Of a stretch of 64,000 nt of DNA, positions 57,437 through 64,000 are shown piece by piece. Each line of letters opens with the position of its first letter. Position 1 is the stretch's first letter. This stretch comes from a virus (Duplodnaviria > Heunggongvirae > Uroviricota > Caudoviricetes), in IMG/VR virus record IMGVR_UViG_3300029715_000189. One strand, 5' to 3'. The notes below the pieces were generated by a model. The model saw only the letters and a list, made by a program, of their open reading frames with translations, made no database searches and was not told where the DNA came from. Position numbers and translations under genes: made by a program.

Positions 57437-58360
57437 TTAAATACTTAACTCTTCAATGGTCAAGCCTTTTTCTTTTGCCCATTTTAACATTGCGCATAAT
57501 TCTGTTTCTGACTTATATTTCGGATCACGCCACGCCCATCCGTATTTATCCAGGACATGATGATATAATTCGTCGGCTTCTGCTGTATGCACATCATTGA
57601 ATAAATACTCCGAACCTTCCGGTATAAGCGTTTCCGTTGTTGCAAAATCGGAATACGACAAACATCCGTAAGCATATTCTGTTATTTCACTCCATGCTTC
57701 TCCGGCTTTAAATCCAAATTCTTTTACAAAAGCCAAAGTTAGATACATATTTAATAATATTGTTACATCATATCCGGAATCTGACTTTCTTTCTATTATT
57801 TCCTTTTCAAATTCATTTAAATCTTCAGGCCCTAAAAAGGTGTATCCTGATACCGATCGGTAATTAGCCTCCGCATACTTCCTGCATTTATCATCATTGA
57901 CAATCTTACCAATGTTAGATAACATCTTTTGCCTCCATTCATCACAAAACTCTACCCTTACATTCATCCAATCAGTACCATAATTGTATTCTTTTGGATA
58001 TCCGACCGATATTACCTTTATGTTATTCACACCATATTCATAAAGGCGTTCGCCCACCTTATTCGCCCATTCCTGTACAAAAGGAATAAACTTATTGTAA
58101 TAAGAATCAAAATCAAAATCCGATTCTTCTTCATATTCCGGCATCTCATCATATTCCTGTGAAAAGAAATGACGCGGGTCTGCTACTGTTTCATAAAAAC
58201 TTACGTTAATGAAACAAAATTCGTTGGTTGTTGTTTTTAATATCATATTTTTTTTTGTATTTACGTACATTTTTCTTGCCATAGAATCTACACATGGCAC
58301 GAATCTGACCATAAAATACTTTTGTCCTCCTGGCCTCAAAGTATTTAAACATTTCTTCAT
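57437..58360 (-). CDS. Hypothetical acidic protein of 307 aa.
   Basis: ORF. Confidence 0.6.
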   Translation of the reverse strand: MKKCLNTLRPGGQKYFMVRFVPCVDSMARKMYVNTKKNMILKTTTNEFCFINVSFYETVADPRHFFSQEYDEMPEYEEESDFDFDSYYNKFIPFVQEWANKVGERLYEYGVNNIKVISVGYPKEYNYGTDWMNVRVEFCDEWRQKMLSNIGKIVNDDKCRKYAEANYRSVSGYTFLGPEDLNEFEKEIIERKSDSGYDVTILLNMYLTLAFVKEFGFKAGEAWSEITEYAYGCLSYSDFATTETLIPEGSEYLFNDVHTAEADELYHHVLDKYGWAWRDPKYKSETELCAMLKWAKEKGLTIEELSI

Positions 58361-58564
58361 TCTTTGTTTCCCACACGTAATCCGTTTGAGAACTCATGTG
58401 ATTTTTGTCCTTGCGTGAATAATGGTAATATGATACCACAACACGTTTCGCACCATTCTTTACAGGTACGATATTCACATCTATGTTATTATCTGTCATA
58501 TTATTATCGTTCTATTCATTATACAAATACAAAGAGCGCATACCTTCACAGGCCGGCGCTCCTT

Positions 58565-58834
58565 TCAATAAAAATTAAAAACTAACATTAACATAAAATC
58601 CGTTTTCTGCTTCTTATGTTTTAATCTTTTAATAGCATCCTTTCTTGAGTATGCCATTACTTTAGTACCATTAATATCAAATTCTTTTTCTGTTCTGACA
58701 ATCTTTTCTCTTCTATCTGTAGATTGCATTCCTTTTCCCCTTTTAGTATTTAGCACAAAGGCATCATCTCCGCACATTGCAGCTAATATCATAGGGAGCA
58801 ACAGACCTCTGTATTTCATATTTTTCCTCCACAA
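58565..58834 (-). CDS. Small secreted or membrane-anchored protein of 89 aa with a signal-peptide-like N-terminus.
   Basis: N-terminus YRGLLLPMILAAMCGDDAFV. Confidence 0.45.
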   Translation of the reverse strand: MWRKNMKYRGLLLPMILAAMCGDDAFVLNTKRGKGMQSTDRREKIVRTEKEFDINGTKVMAYSRKDAIKRLKHKKQKTDFMLMLVFNFY

Positions 58835-59046
58835 TTATTATATCTGCCATATTCGTTTCTTCCATCATTCCGTATTTCAAAAATCATCTTCTTATGATCT
58901 TTGCCTGGTAACTTATCTTTAACAGCCGATATTACGCCCGCTATAGACGTGAATCCTGAATCTGTTATTGAACACAGCAACACACCTCTGTCGGCGCCGG
59001 TACTTATCGCTGACGCCTTTATAATATCATTCTTGCATATTCTCAT
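58816..59046 (-). CDS. Hypothetical protein of 76 aa.
   Basis: ORF. Confidence 0.4.
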   Translation of the reverse strand: MRICKNDIIKASAISTGADRGVLLCSITDSGFTSIAGVISAVKDKLPGKDHKKMIFEIRNDGRNEYGRYNNCGGKI

Positions 59047-59224
59047 AATCTTTCGTTTTATTATCTACAAACTTATCTATATCGTCTCTTATTCTTTTTA
59101 GCACTCCGGCTATAATTTCCGGCATCTCTCCTTCGGTACGGTTCAGAGTTTCCATCACCCCATCAATCCTACCAATTTGACGCCATAAGAAATTGGCGTC
59201 TTTCGCATTAAATTCCCCCATCAT
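59027..59224 (-). CDS. Hypothetical protein of 65 aa. It is the first gene of the minus-strand block.
   Basis: ORF. Confidence 0.45.
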   Translation of the reverse strand: MMGEFNAKDANFLWRQIGRIDGVMETLNRTEGEMPEIIAGVLKRIRDDIDKFVDNKTKDYENMQE

Positions 59225-59262
59225 GTCTTATTTTACTTCCATATGATTATGCTTTATTGTTT

Positions 59263-59357
59263 GTGAGATGCCCAGAATCGAACCAGAACCGACACATACA
59301 TACCGGCACGCCGCGTCATCCCCTCTATGATACAGAAATAGACATGCCTATTCTCAC
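59263..59357 (-). ncRNA. tRNA-like element. The minus-strand reading gives a 6 bp acceptor-like stem (GTGAGA/TCTCAC), a U8-like T, and a GGTTCGATTC T-loop. No canonical D or anticodon arms could be folded by eye.
   Basis: Plus-strand TGTGAGATGCCCAGAATCGAACC ... TTCTCAC. About 96 nt, which is too long and too irregular for a standard tRNA. It could be an intron-containing or degenerate tRNA, or a tRNA-like structure. Confidence 0.2.
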
Positions 59358-59698
59358 GAACCGACATGCCAAAACCCAAAACTTAACTTGATGAATAAAA
59401 TAGATTGACAAAAATACTATTCTAATTGGCGATTATATACTATTTTACACCATACATGTTGTAAAACATACATATGTTATTTAATTTCATATTCTTCTTT
59501 TCTAACTTTGTTTTACTCAATCGAATCAATAAGTCCCTTGTTTCGGACAAAACGGTTGAGTAAAAGAGGTCTTTGATATAAGGTTCCATCTTGAAAACGT
59601 AAGATGGGTAAAATCAAAAACGTTTTTGGTAAAAGAATCCGGCGATCTCACTTTTGAGCAACCGGTAGAGGGTATTGGTGATACCCAGTATGATACTT

Positions 59699-59749
59699 CG
59701 TACAAATGTATATTGTTTTACGCTTTTGTGTAAAGTGGTATATAATCAC
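59699..59749 (-). repeat. Dispersed repeat copy R3, inverted relative to R1 and R2. It overlaps the C-terminus (...YIPLYTKA*) of the 59718-59906 gene.
   Basis: Its reverse complement is GTGATTATATACCACTTTACACAAAAGCGTAAAACAATATACATTTGTACG. Confidence 0.7.
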
Positions 59750-59906
59750 CTTCTAATTCTTTTATAATATCTTTCACGATATTTAGCCTCACCTCCTTCG
59801 TTTCTGGACCAATACAGCCAAACCATCCATATATACTCCATTTTCCTTCTGGTTCTGTAGCCATACTTTTCTTTTCCTCCAATTCCGGGAAATATGTCTT
59901 CACCAT
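59718..59906 (-). CDS. Small protein of 62 aa whose C-terminus is encoded by repeat R3.
   Basis: ORF. Confidence 0.45.
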   Translation of the reverse strand: MVKTYFPELEEKKSMATEPEGKWSIYGWFGCIGPETKEVRLNIVKDIIKELEGDYIPLYTKA

Positions 59907-60080
59907 TTTATCTAAATATAACCCATAAAAGGATTCTATTTTTTTTAGGAGTACTGAAAAACCTGAATACTATATTTCTCAACATGACGCATATATAATT
60001 CCCATCCTCTAACCTTTCAATCTCCTCATATACCTTTTTTCAAATGAATAATCGCTCTTCTTTTGTAAACATATCTTTCT

Positions 60081-60428
60081 TTATTTTTGTGGTATTATTT
60101 GACTGTACGCAGACTTTTCCATGTACACAACACTATGTTCCTGTCCAAGTATTTTCTTTGCTGCTTCTTTCTTTATCGCGCAATATCTCCCTGTACGATA
60201 CGGATTCTTTTGATCTGATCCATCCTCGACTTCGATAATAAAACAACCTCCGTCATCTATTGTCTTTTTGCAATTGTCACATATTTCTCCCGTGCATATA
60301 TGATGCGGCGCCTGCCCCTTGATGTCATTCCCTAATAAAGCAATCCCCATCTCTTCGCCACATACCATGCAGACTTCTATAGACGGATTCAATCCGTGTT
60401 CTGGATGCAATTTAATGCCATCTTTCAT
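60081..60428 (-). CDS. Cys-rich (zinc-ribbon-like) protein of 115 aa.
   Basis: CMVCGEE...HHICTGEICDNCKK. Confidence 0.55.
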   Translation of the reverse strand: MKDGIKLHPEHGLNPSIEVCMVCGEEMGIALLGNDIKGQAPHHICTGEICDNCKKTIDDGGCFIIEVEDGSDQKNPYRTGRYCAIKKEAAKKILGQEHSVVYMEKSAYSQIIPQK

Positions 60429-60455
60429 TTTCTTTCCTCCTTTGTTTTTAATGTT

Positions 60456-60540
60456 GTGTGAGATCGCCGGAATCGAACCGACCTACCGCACCATGAATCC
60501 CATAAAGCGAGTGCTCCGATCTTCGCAGACGGGAGCGCTT
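60456..60540 (-). ncRNA. Second tRNA-3'-end-like element. The T-arm GTCGG-TTCGATT-CCGGC is followed by an acceptor-like GATCTCA-C. No canonical cloverleaf could be completed.
   Basis: Plus-strand TGTGAGATCGCCGGAATCGAACCGACC. It is paralogous over about 35 nt to the 59263 element. Confidence 0.2.
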
Positions 60541-61106
60541 TGTCTAAAGCATAAGAAAATTAATGAAGAAATTTTTCTCACTTACGCCATAGCATCTAAA
60601 ATAGCTATCAGCACTATTTCTATGACAAACATAATAGAAAATATCTTAAATGCCTTTTTCATATCGCTATCTACTCCTTTTTATTTTTTTAGTTCCACAA
60701 TAAACTGTTCCGGCTCTGCTCCGACCTACGTTCCACCTACAACCGCAGGCCTTAGCCCAAGGCGCCGCCTACTCCCCCTCTATGGCAGCCTGTTCGTACC
60801 TACAAAGCCAGTCTCCATCTACACAACTAACACTACGCGATAATAAACATTTATTCTTATAACAATCATCAAAAAAAAATACTCCCCTCACAACTGTAAT
60901 CCTTAACTTCTACACAGCTAACTACCTTAGCATATACTATACCATCACCGTCTTCTATTCCTTTCACCCCAAAAAAAGAACCTTCCACCTCCTTACTCAA
61001 ATCCAAGTCAGGCGCAAAGTCATATACGTTCATGTTGTTTATGTTTTAATTGTTATACATTCCGCTTGAAAAAAAAATACTCACATAATGCAGTCTTTAA
61101 CCCTTA

Positions 61107-61343
61107 CCTACAGAATGCTGTTTTAAAACGCTGATCTGTTGAATTTTGTTGGAAACCCCTACAAAATGCTGTTTAAAACGCTGATCTGTTGAATTTTGTG
61201 GGAAACCCCTACAGAATGCTGTTTTAAAACGCTATAGGTCTTGATTTTACAAAATGCTGTTTTAAAACGCTATAAGTCTTGATTTTGTTGGAAACCCCTA
61301 CAAAAATGCTGTTTTAAAACGCTGATCTGTTGAATTTTGTTGG
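61107..61343 (+). repeat. Tandem array of 5 direct repeats of about 41-51 bp, iteron-like. Each unit contains the palindrome GTTTTAAAAC. There are two unit subtypes (…GCTGATCTGTTGAATTTTG… and …GCTATARGTCTTGATTTTG…).
   Basis: Units at 61107, 61158, 61208, 61249 and 61297 were read directly. There are no unique spacers, so this is not a CRISPR array. Confidence 0.85.
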
Positions 61344-61440
61344 TGGGAAGTGTCCTCCCCCCTCCCCCTCTCCAACCCCGGCTAATCCTCCGGCTTTCCG
61401 CATAGAACCTGCGCTCTCGGCCTCACTACCGGCCTACGGA
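61344..61440. other. GC-rich structured element. A C-tract (CCTCCCCCCTCCCCCTCTCCAACCCC, G-quadruplex-capable on the minus strand) is followed by the hairpin GCGCTCTC...GAGAGCGC.
   Basis: Read directly. The composition is strikingly atypical for this genome. Confidence 0.6.
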
Positions 61441-61531
61441 GAGCGCTACAGGCTTATACTATGGCATGGGATATGGGGTGTTTGGAAATAATATCATTCC
61501 ATAGAGAGAATAGAGATCTTCGGCCCACGCC

Positions 61532-61717
61532 CTACCGTCTGCTCCTCCTATCAAAATAGATATTTAAACCTATAATCAAAGCCAATAAAGAAAAGCAAAA
61601 GACCATTGCAATATTATACTGATCCGGTCCGTACTCCAACATAGAACGAATACCAACCGATAGAAAATACAAGTCAGCTACTAATAAAAACCACCACATA
61701 AAATAAAAAAAATACAA
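61532..61717 (-). CDS. Small hydrophobic (two-TM) protein of 61 aa. Doubtful.
   Basis: ORF in an otherwise non-coding region. Confidence 0.3.
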   Translation of the reverse strand: MYFFYFMWWFLLVADLYFLSVGIRSMLEYGPDQYNIAMVFCFSLLALIIGLNIYFDRRSRR

Positions 61718-61872
61718 TAAGTGTGTCCGAAAATACGGGTATTATAAAACCTAACTAATTGATAATCAAGCATACCTCATTTTTGAGAAAAATACAATAA
61801 GCTTAATTTTCAATCCATAGAGACGAAAAAGGCGGCATCCGACACCCTATTTTGGGTCAGAAAACCGCCTAA

Positions 61873-61965
61873 AGTTTCGTTTTAGACCAATTTTAATGAC
61901 ATGATATAGACAAAATACCGGCATTATATCCAAACTATCATATTTTAGTTTCGTTTTAGACCAAT
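61873..61965 (+). repeat. Two copies of the 19-mer AGTTTCGTTTTAGACCAAT (61873-61891 and 61947-61965), 74 bp apart.
   Basis: Read directly. Confidence 0.7.
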
Positions 61966-62070
61966 ATAGCTCACATCCGCCGTTCGCTCTCAGAATATCC
62001 TACCCGTAAATAGAAAGAGTAGGATACAAAAATAGGGCTGCTCCGATATTCGGAACAATCCTACTCCTGT

Positions 62071-62277
62071 TTAAATACTGTTTATGTTTTCCTTCACGTA
62101 TGTTCGTGATGTATGGACTTTGCGTTTGCATTTGTCCTTTCCCGTATCGGCATGATACGCTTCTTTGAGATCACGATACAACATAAATTCACGATACGCT
62201 CTTTTTCGCTTTTCTTTAGCTTCTTTCCTGGACAGACCGCGGACATCTACCATATAAGATTTAAATTTCCTTTCCAT
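62071..62277 (-). CDS. Small highly basic protein of 68 aa (Lys/Arg-rich). Possibly nucleic-acid binding.
   Basis: ORF containing KEAKEKRKRAYREF. Confidence 0.45.
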   Translation of the reverse strand: MERKFKSYMVDVRGLSRKEAKEKRKRAYREFMLYRDLKEAYHADTGKDKCKRKVHTSRTYVKENINSI

Positions 62278-62298
62278 GTTATTATATTGTTTATAATT

Positions 62299-62370
62299 TA
62301 GAGGTTGCTCCGGAATCGAACCGAACGCGCATTCCTATCCTGTACGAATTTTATGCTACAACCAACAGCC
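62299..62370 (-). ncRNA. Third tRNA-3'-end-like motif (plus-strand CTCCGGAATCGAACCGAACGCGC). On the minus strand it gives TTCGG-TTCGATT-CCGGA plus GCAACCT. A truncated or degenerate tRNA-like structure.
   Basis: Shares CCGGAATCGAACCGA with the element at 60456. Only about 64 nt could be assigned. Confidence 0.15.
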
Positions 62371-62858
62371 CGTAATCAGTACGTAGTTCTTGTGTACAGG
62401 CCCGTACTATGTTGTTATTATATTTTCCGTCTGCTACACAACTTAGCCACAAATAAAGGCGATTGTGTCCTTGCGTTTTGATACGGCACGTCCCTACATG
62501 GCAGGCTACATGCTTGTACCCTGTAATTTAATCTACAGCCTTGTTCTGTTTTTCGTGTAAGCAAGTAAGACACGTTTCGATCTGAAGATAAACCTCGTAC
62601 AACGGCATGTTTTCCAAACTGTAATCACATACCTGACATAAACCATACCTATTCGGATGGTCCATGCAGTAATACCAGCCCTTTAATTGCCAACGGCAAG
62701 GGCAACGGTATATCTATCTCCAATATGTAAAATAACTCTCTTTTTGTCAGCTTCAGTCTAAAGCATACGCGGGACGTGCACCCACTGACAATAGCGTACA
62801 GGCGCGTTAAGGTACGCGACAGACCTTTGGAGAGCTTAACGGCGCTCTCCGTGCCTTG

Positions 62859-63404
62859 TTACTGCTGGTTGCTTTCATGTGCGGAATATTCACTTACACA
62901 CTTTGCCACAGTGCGAATAGAATAAGATTTGATCTTAACAGCCACATAAGTAGCTTTATACTCGTCGTTTTCTTTTATCAACCATCTAGCGCTTTTTTTG
63001 GTCCCCAATGATTCGGCAGTAGTAAAACCAAATGATTTATATTCGCTACCGTAAACCACATTCTCAGCGCACCAATCAGCCGTTTTAGCCTCAACGCCTT
63101 TCTCTTTGTCTGCATTGGTATCCTTATACACTTTAGAGTATAAAGCAAATTTAACAAATGTATCGTCAACTTTCGGTAACATTTGGCTACACACAGCTAC
63201 CAGGCGCTTTTTATCCTTGGCGAGGGCTGCAACCTTTACGGCGCATTCTGCCGGTATTTCCAAGGCCTTGCAAATAGACTTAAGATCAGCTCCGTTAGCA
63301 AATAAAGCGTTGTATAACTTTACGGCACCTACCAAATTTGCAGCATTTTCTTTGATAACAGCATTCTGTAGTTTGTTTACATTTTTTTTCGTAATCATAT
63401 CCAA
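62859..63404 (-). CDS. Hypothetical protein of 181 aa. The outermost gene on the minus strand.
   Basis: ORF. ATG with an A-rich upstream region. Confidence 0.6.
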   Translation of the reverse strand: MDMITKKNVNKLQNAVIKENAANLVGAVKLYNALFANGADLKSICKALEIPAECAVKVAALAKDKKRLVAVCSQMLPKVDDTFVKFALYSKVYKDTNADKEKGVEAKTADWCAENVVYGSEYKSFGFTTAESLGTKKSARWLIKENDEYKATYVAVKIKSYSIRTVAKCVSEYSAHESNQQ

Positions 63405-63807
63405 TATATTTTAATTGTTAAACAAATGATATTCAATTTAATGACCCACAATGCAGGCAATTATAGATACATATATAGTTCACCCGACGGGTACACTATA
63501 TAGGTTCACTATGTTAACTCGCGATCTCTCTCGATCACGACGCAAATATACGACATTTATCAATACTACAAATATATATGCTATCTTTTTTTTGTTAATT
63601 TGTATTAATTTCGATTATGTTATCTGATTATCAGCAAGTTATAAAAACATACAGGAGCGGTATTACACGCGTACATTAATATGTGGGATATATGCTTAAG
63701 TTGCTTATAATCAATATGTTATAATAACACATTGATTATTAATAATTTAAATAAGTGATTGATAATCAGCGAGTTTGTAGGTTTGATGTAAAAACCCGTT
63801 TTCGGTT

Positions 63808-63876
63808 TTCCGGCGAAGGGGGTGTGGGGGAGAAAACGCGTTTCGGGGGCGGGAGGTTCGTGATAGGTACCCCCTC
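63808..63876 (+). other. G-rich tract with at least 4 G-runs (GGGGGTGTGGGGGAG...CGGGGGCGGGAGG), G-quadruplex-capable, plus the palindrome AAACGCGTTT. Followed by CCCCCTCTCCC.
   Basis: Read directly. It mirrors the C-rich tract at 61352-61376. Confidence 0.6.
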
Positions 63877-63877
63877 T

Positions 63878-64000
63878 CCCACATCACATAAACATTTTCT
63901 CACATATCCCTTTTTTTTCATATCCCACATCACATAAACATTTTCTCACATATCCCTTTTTTTTCATATCCCACATCACATAAACATTTTCTCACATATC
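63878..64000 (+). repeat. 46 bp tandem repeat (CCCACATCACATAAACATTTTCTCACATATCCCTTTTTTTTCATAT) with 2.7 copies visible. It runs off the window end.
   Basis: Units at 63878, 63924 and 63970. Confidence 0.9.

Noticed and set aside
31627-58418. Plus-strand ORFs embedded antisense within the minus-strand gene block, for example 33968..34153, 35211..35435, 37085..37630, 48883..49425, 51294..51647 and 57929..58162.
   Set aside because: Each overlaps a better-supported, tightly packed minus-strand gene. No independent signals support them.
58206-58499. A 97-aa minus-strand ORF overlapping the 5' end of the 57437..58360 gene by about 155 nt.
   Set aside because: The large overlap with a longer ORF makes it likely that one of the two starts is mis-set. 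Not called separately.
20047-59749. The dispersed repeat as a sigma-70-like promoter (TTTACG-N18-TATAAT on the opposite strand).
   Set aside because: The orientation would drive antisense transcription into the small genes that the repeat terminates, in all three copies. Its consistent placement at gene 3' ends argues against a promoter role.
60868-61080. A roughly 55-aa minus-strand ORF between the two A9TACTC motifs.
   Set aside because: It is below the ORF-track threshold, has no ribosome-binding site and lies in a repeat-rich non-coding region. It is probably not coding.
61107-61343. The tandem repeat array as a CRISPR array.
   Set aside because: The whole unit repeats, including the would-be spacers. 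There are no unique spacers between constant repeats and no cas genes nearby. An iteron-like tandem repeat is the better description.
59263-62370. Three loci called as bona fide tRNA genes.
   Set aside because: Only T-arm and acceptor-like parts could be found. D and anticodon arms do not fold canonically by eye, and the lengths are wrong (about 96 nt and about 64 nt). They are kept as low-confidence tRNA-like elements pending tRNAscan/ARAGORN.
1-64000. Genome-wide stop-codon reassignment (TAG or TGA recoded).
   Set aside because: TAG (3106-3108), TGA (6165-6167, 12802-12804) and TAA all terminate well-supported genes with immediately coupled downstream starts. Only two isolated in-frame stops were seen (flotillin TAG, 19357 TGA).

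Overview
This 64 kb window is AT-rich and reads as a tailed dsDNA phage (or prophage) genome segment. Several features would fit a crAss-like phage of a Bacteroidota host (giant ORFs, sparse Shine-Dalgarno use, two exact TAnnTTTG -7-type promoter motifs), but that is a hypothesis and not something the sequence proves.

The window has two gene blocks and an upstream control region:
- **Plus-strand block (1-30.6 kb):** a late or structural-type block of very large ORFs (948, 1019, 2214 and 2140 aa). It ends with two small paralogous genes that carry poly-G tracts at their 5' ends.
- **Accessory island (12.8-22.5 kb):** this interrupts the block. It holds two divergent, zinc-finger-less TnpB (IS605 OrfB-type RuvC nuclease) homologs in opposite orientation. 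One is intact; the other is split at a U UUU UUG slippery heptamer. Between them sits a GC-richer islet of small Gly-rich and RG-rich proteins. A conserved ~45-50 bp repeat occurs three times, each overlapping the C-terminus of a small ORF.
- **Minus-strand block (30.7-59.2 kb):** about 60 tightly packed, mostly small genes, which look like an early, replication-type module. Recognisable genes are an SF2 helicase, a Cas4/RecB-like PD-(D/E)XK Fe-S nuclease, a DnaB-like helicase, a zinc-ribbon plus TOPRIM primase, a second nuclease candidate, a dATP/dGTP-diphosphohydrolase-like protein and a KilA-N-like protein. There is also an NfeD-flotillin (SPFH) operon preceded by an acyl-carrier-protein-like gene. 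The flotillin ORF contains an in-frame TAG.
- **Control-like region (59.2-64.0 kb):** the two blocks converge at a strong bidirectional hairpin (30585-30623), and the minus block starts below this gene-poor region. It contains three copies of a tRNA-3'-end-like motif (GGTTCGATTCC), a 5-unit ~50 bp iteron array built around GTTTTAAAAC palindromes, C-rich and G-rich G-quadruplex-like tracts, and a 46 bp tandem repeat that runs off the window end.

All functional calls rest on motif recognition by eye. No database search was run.
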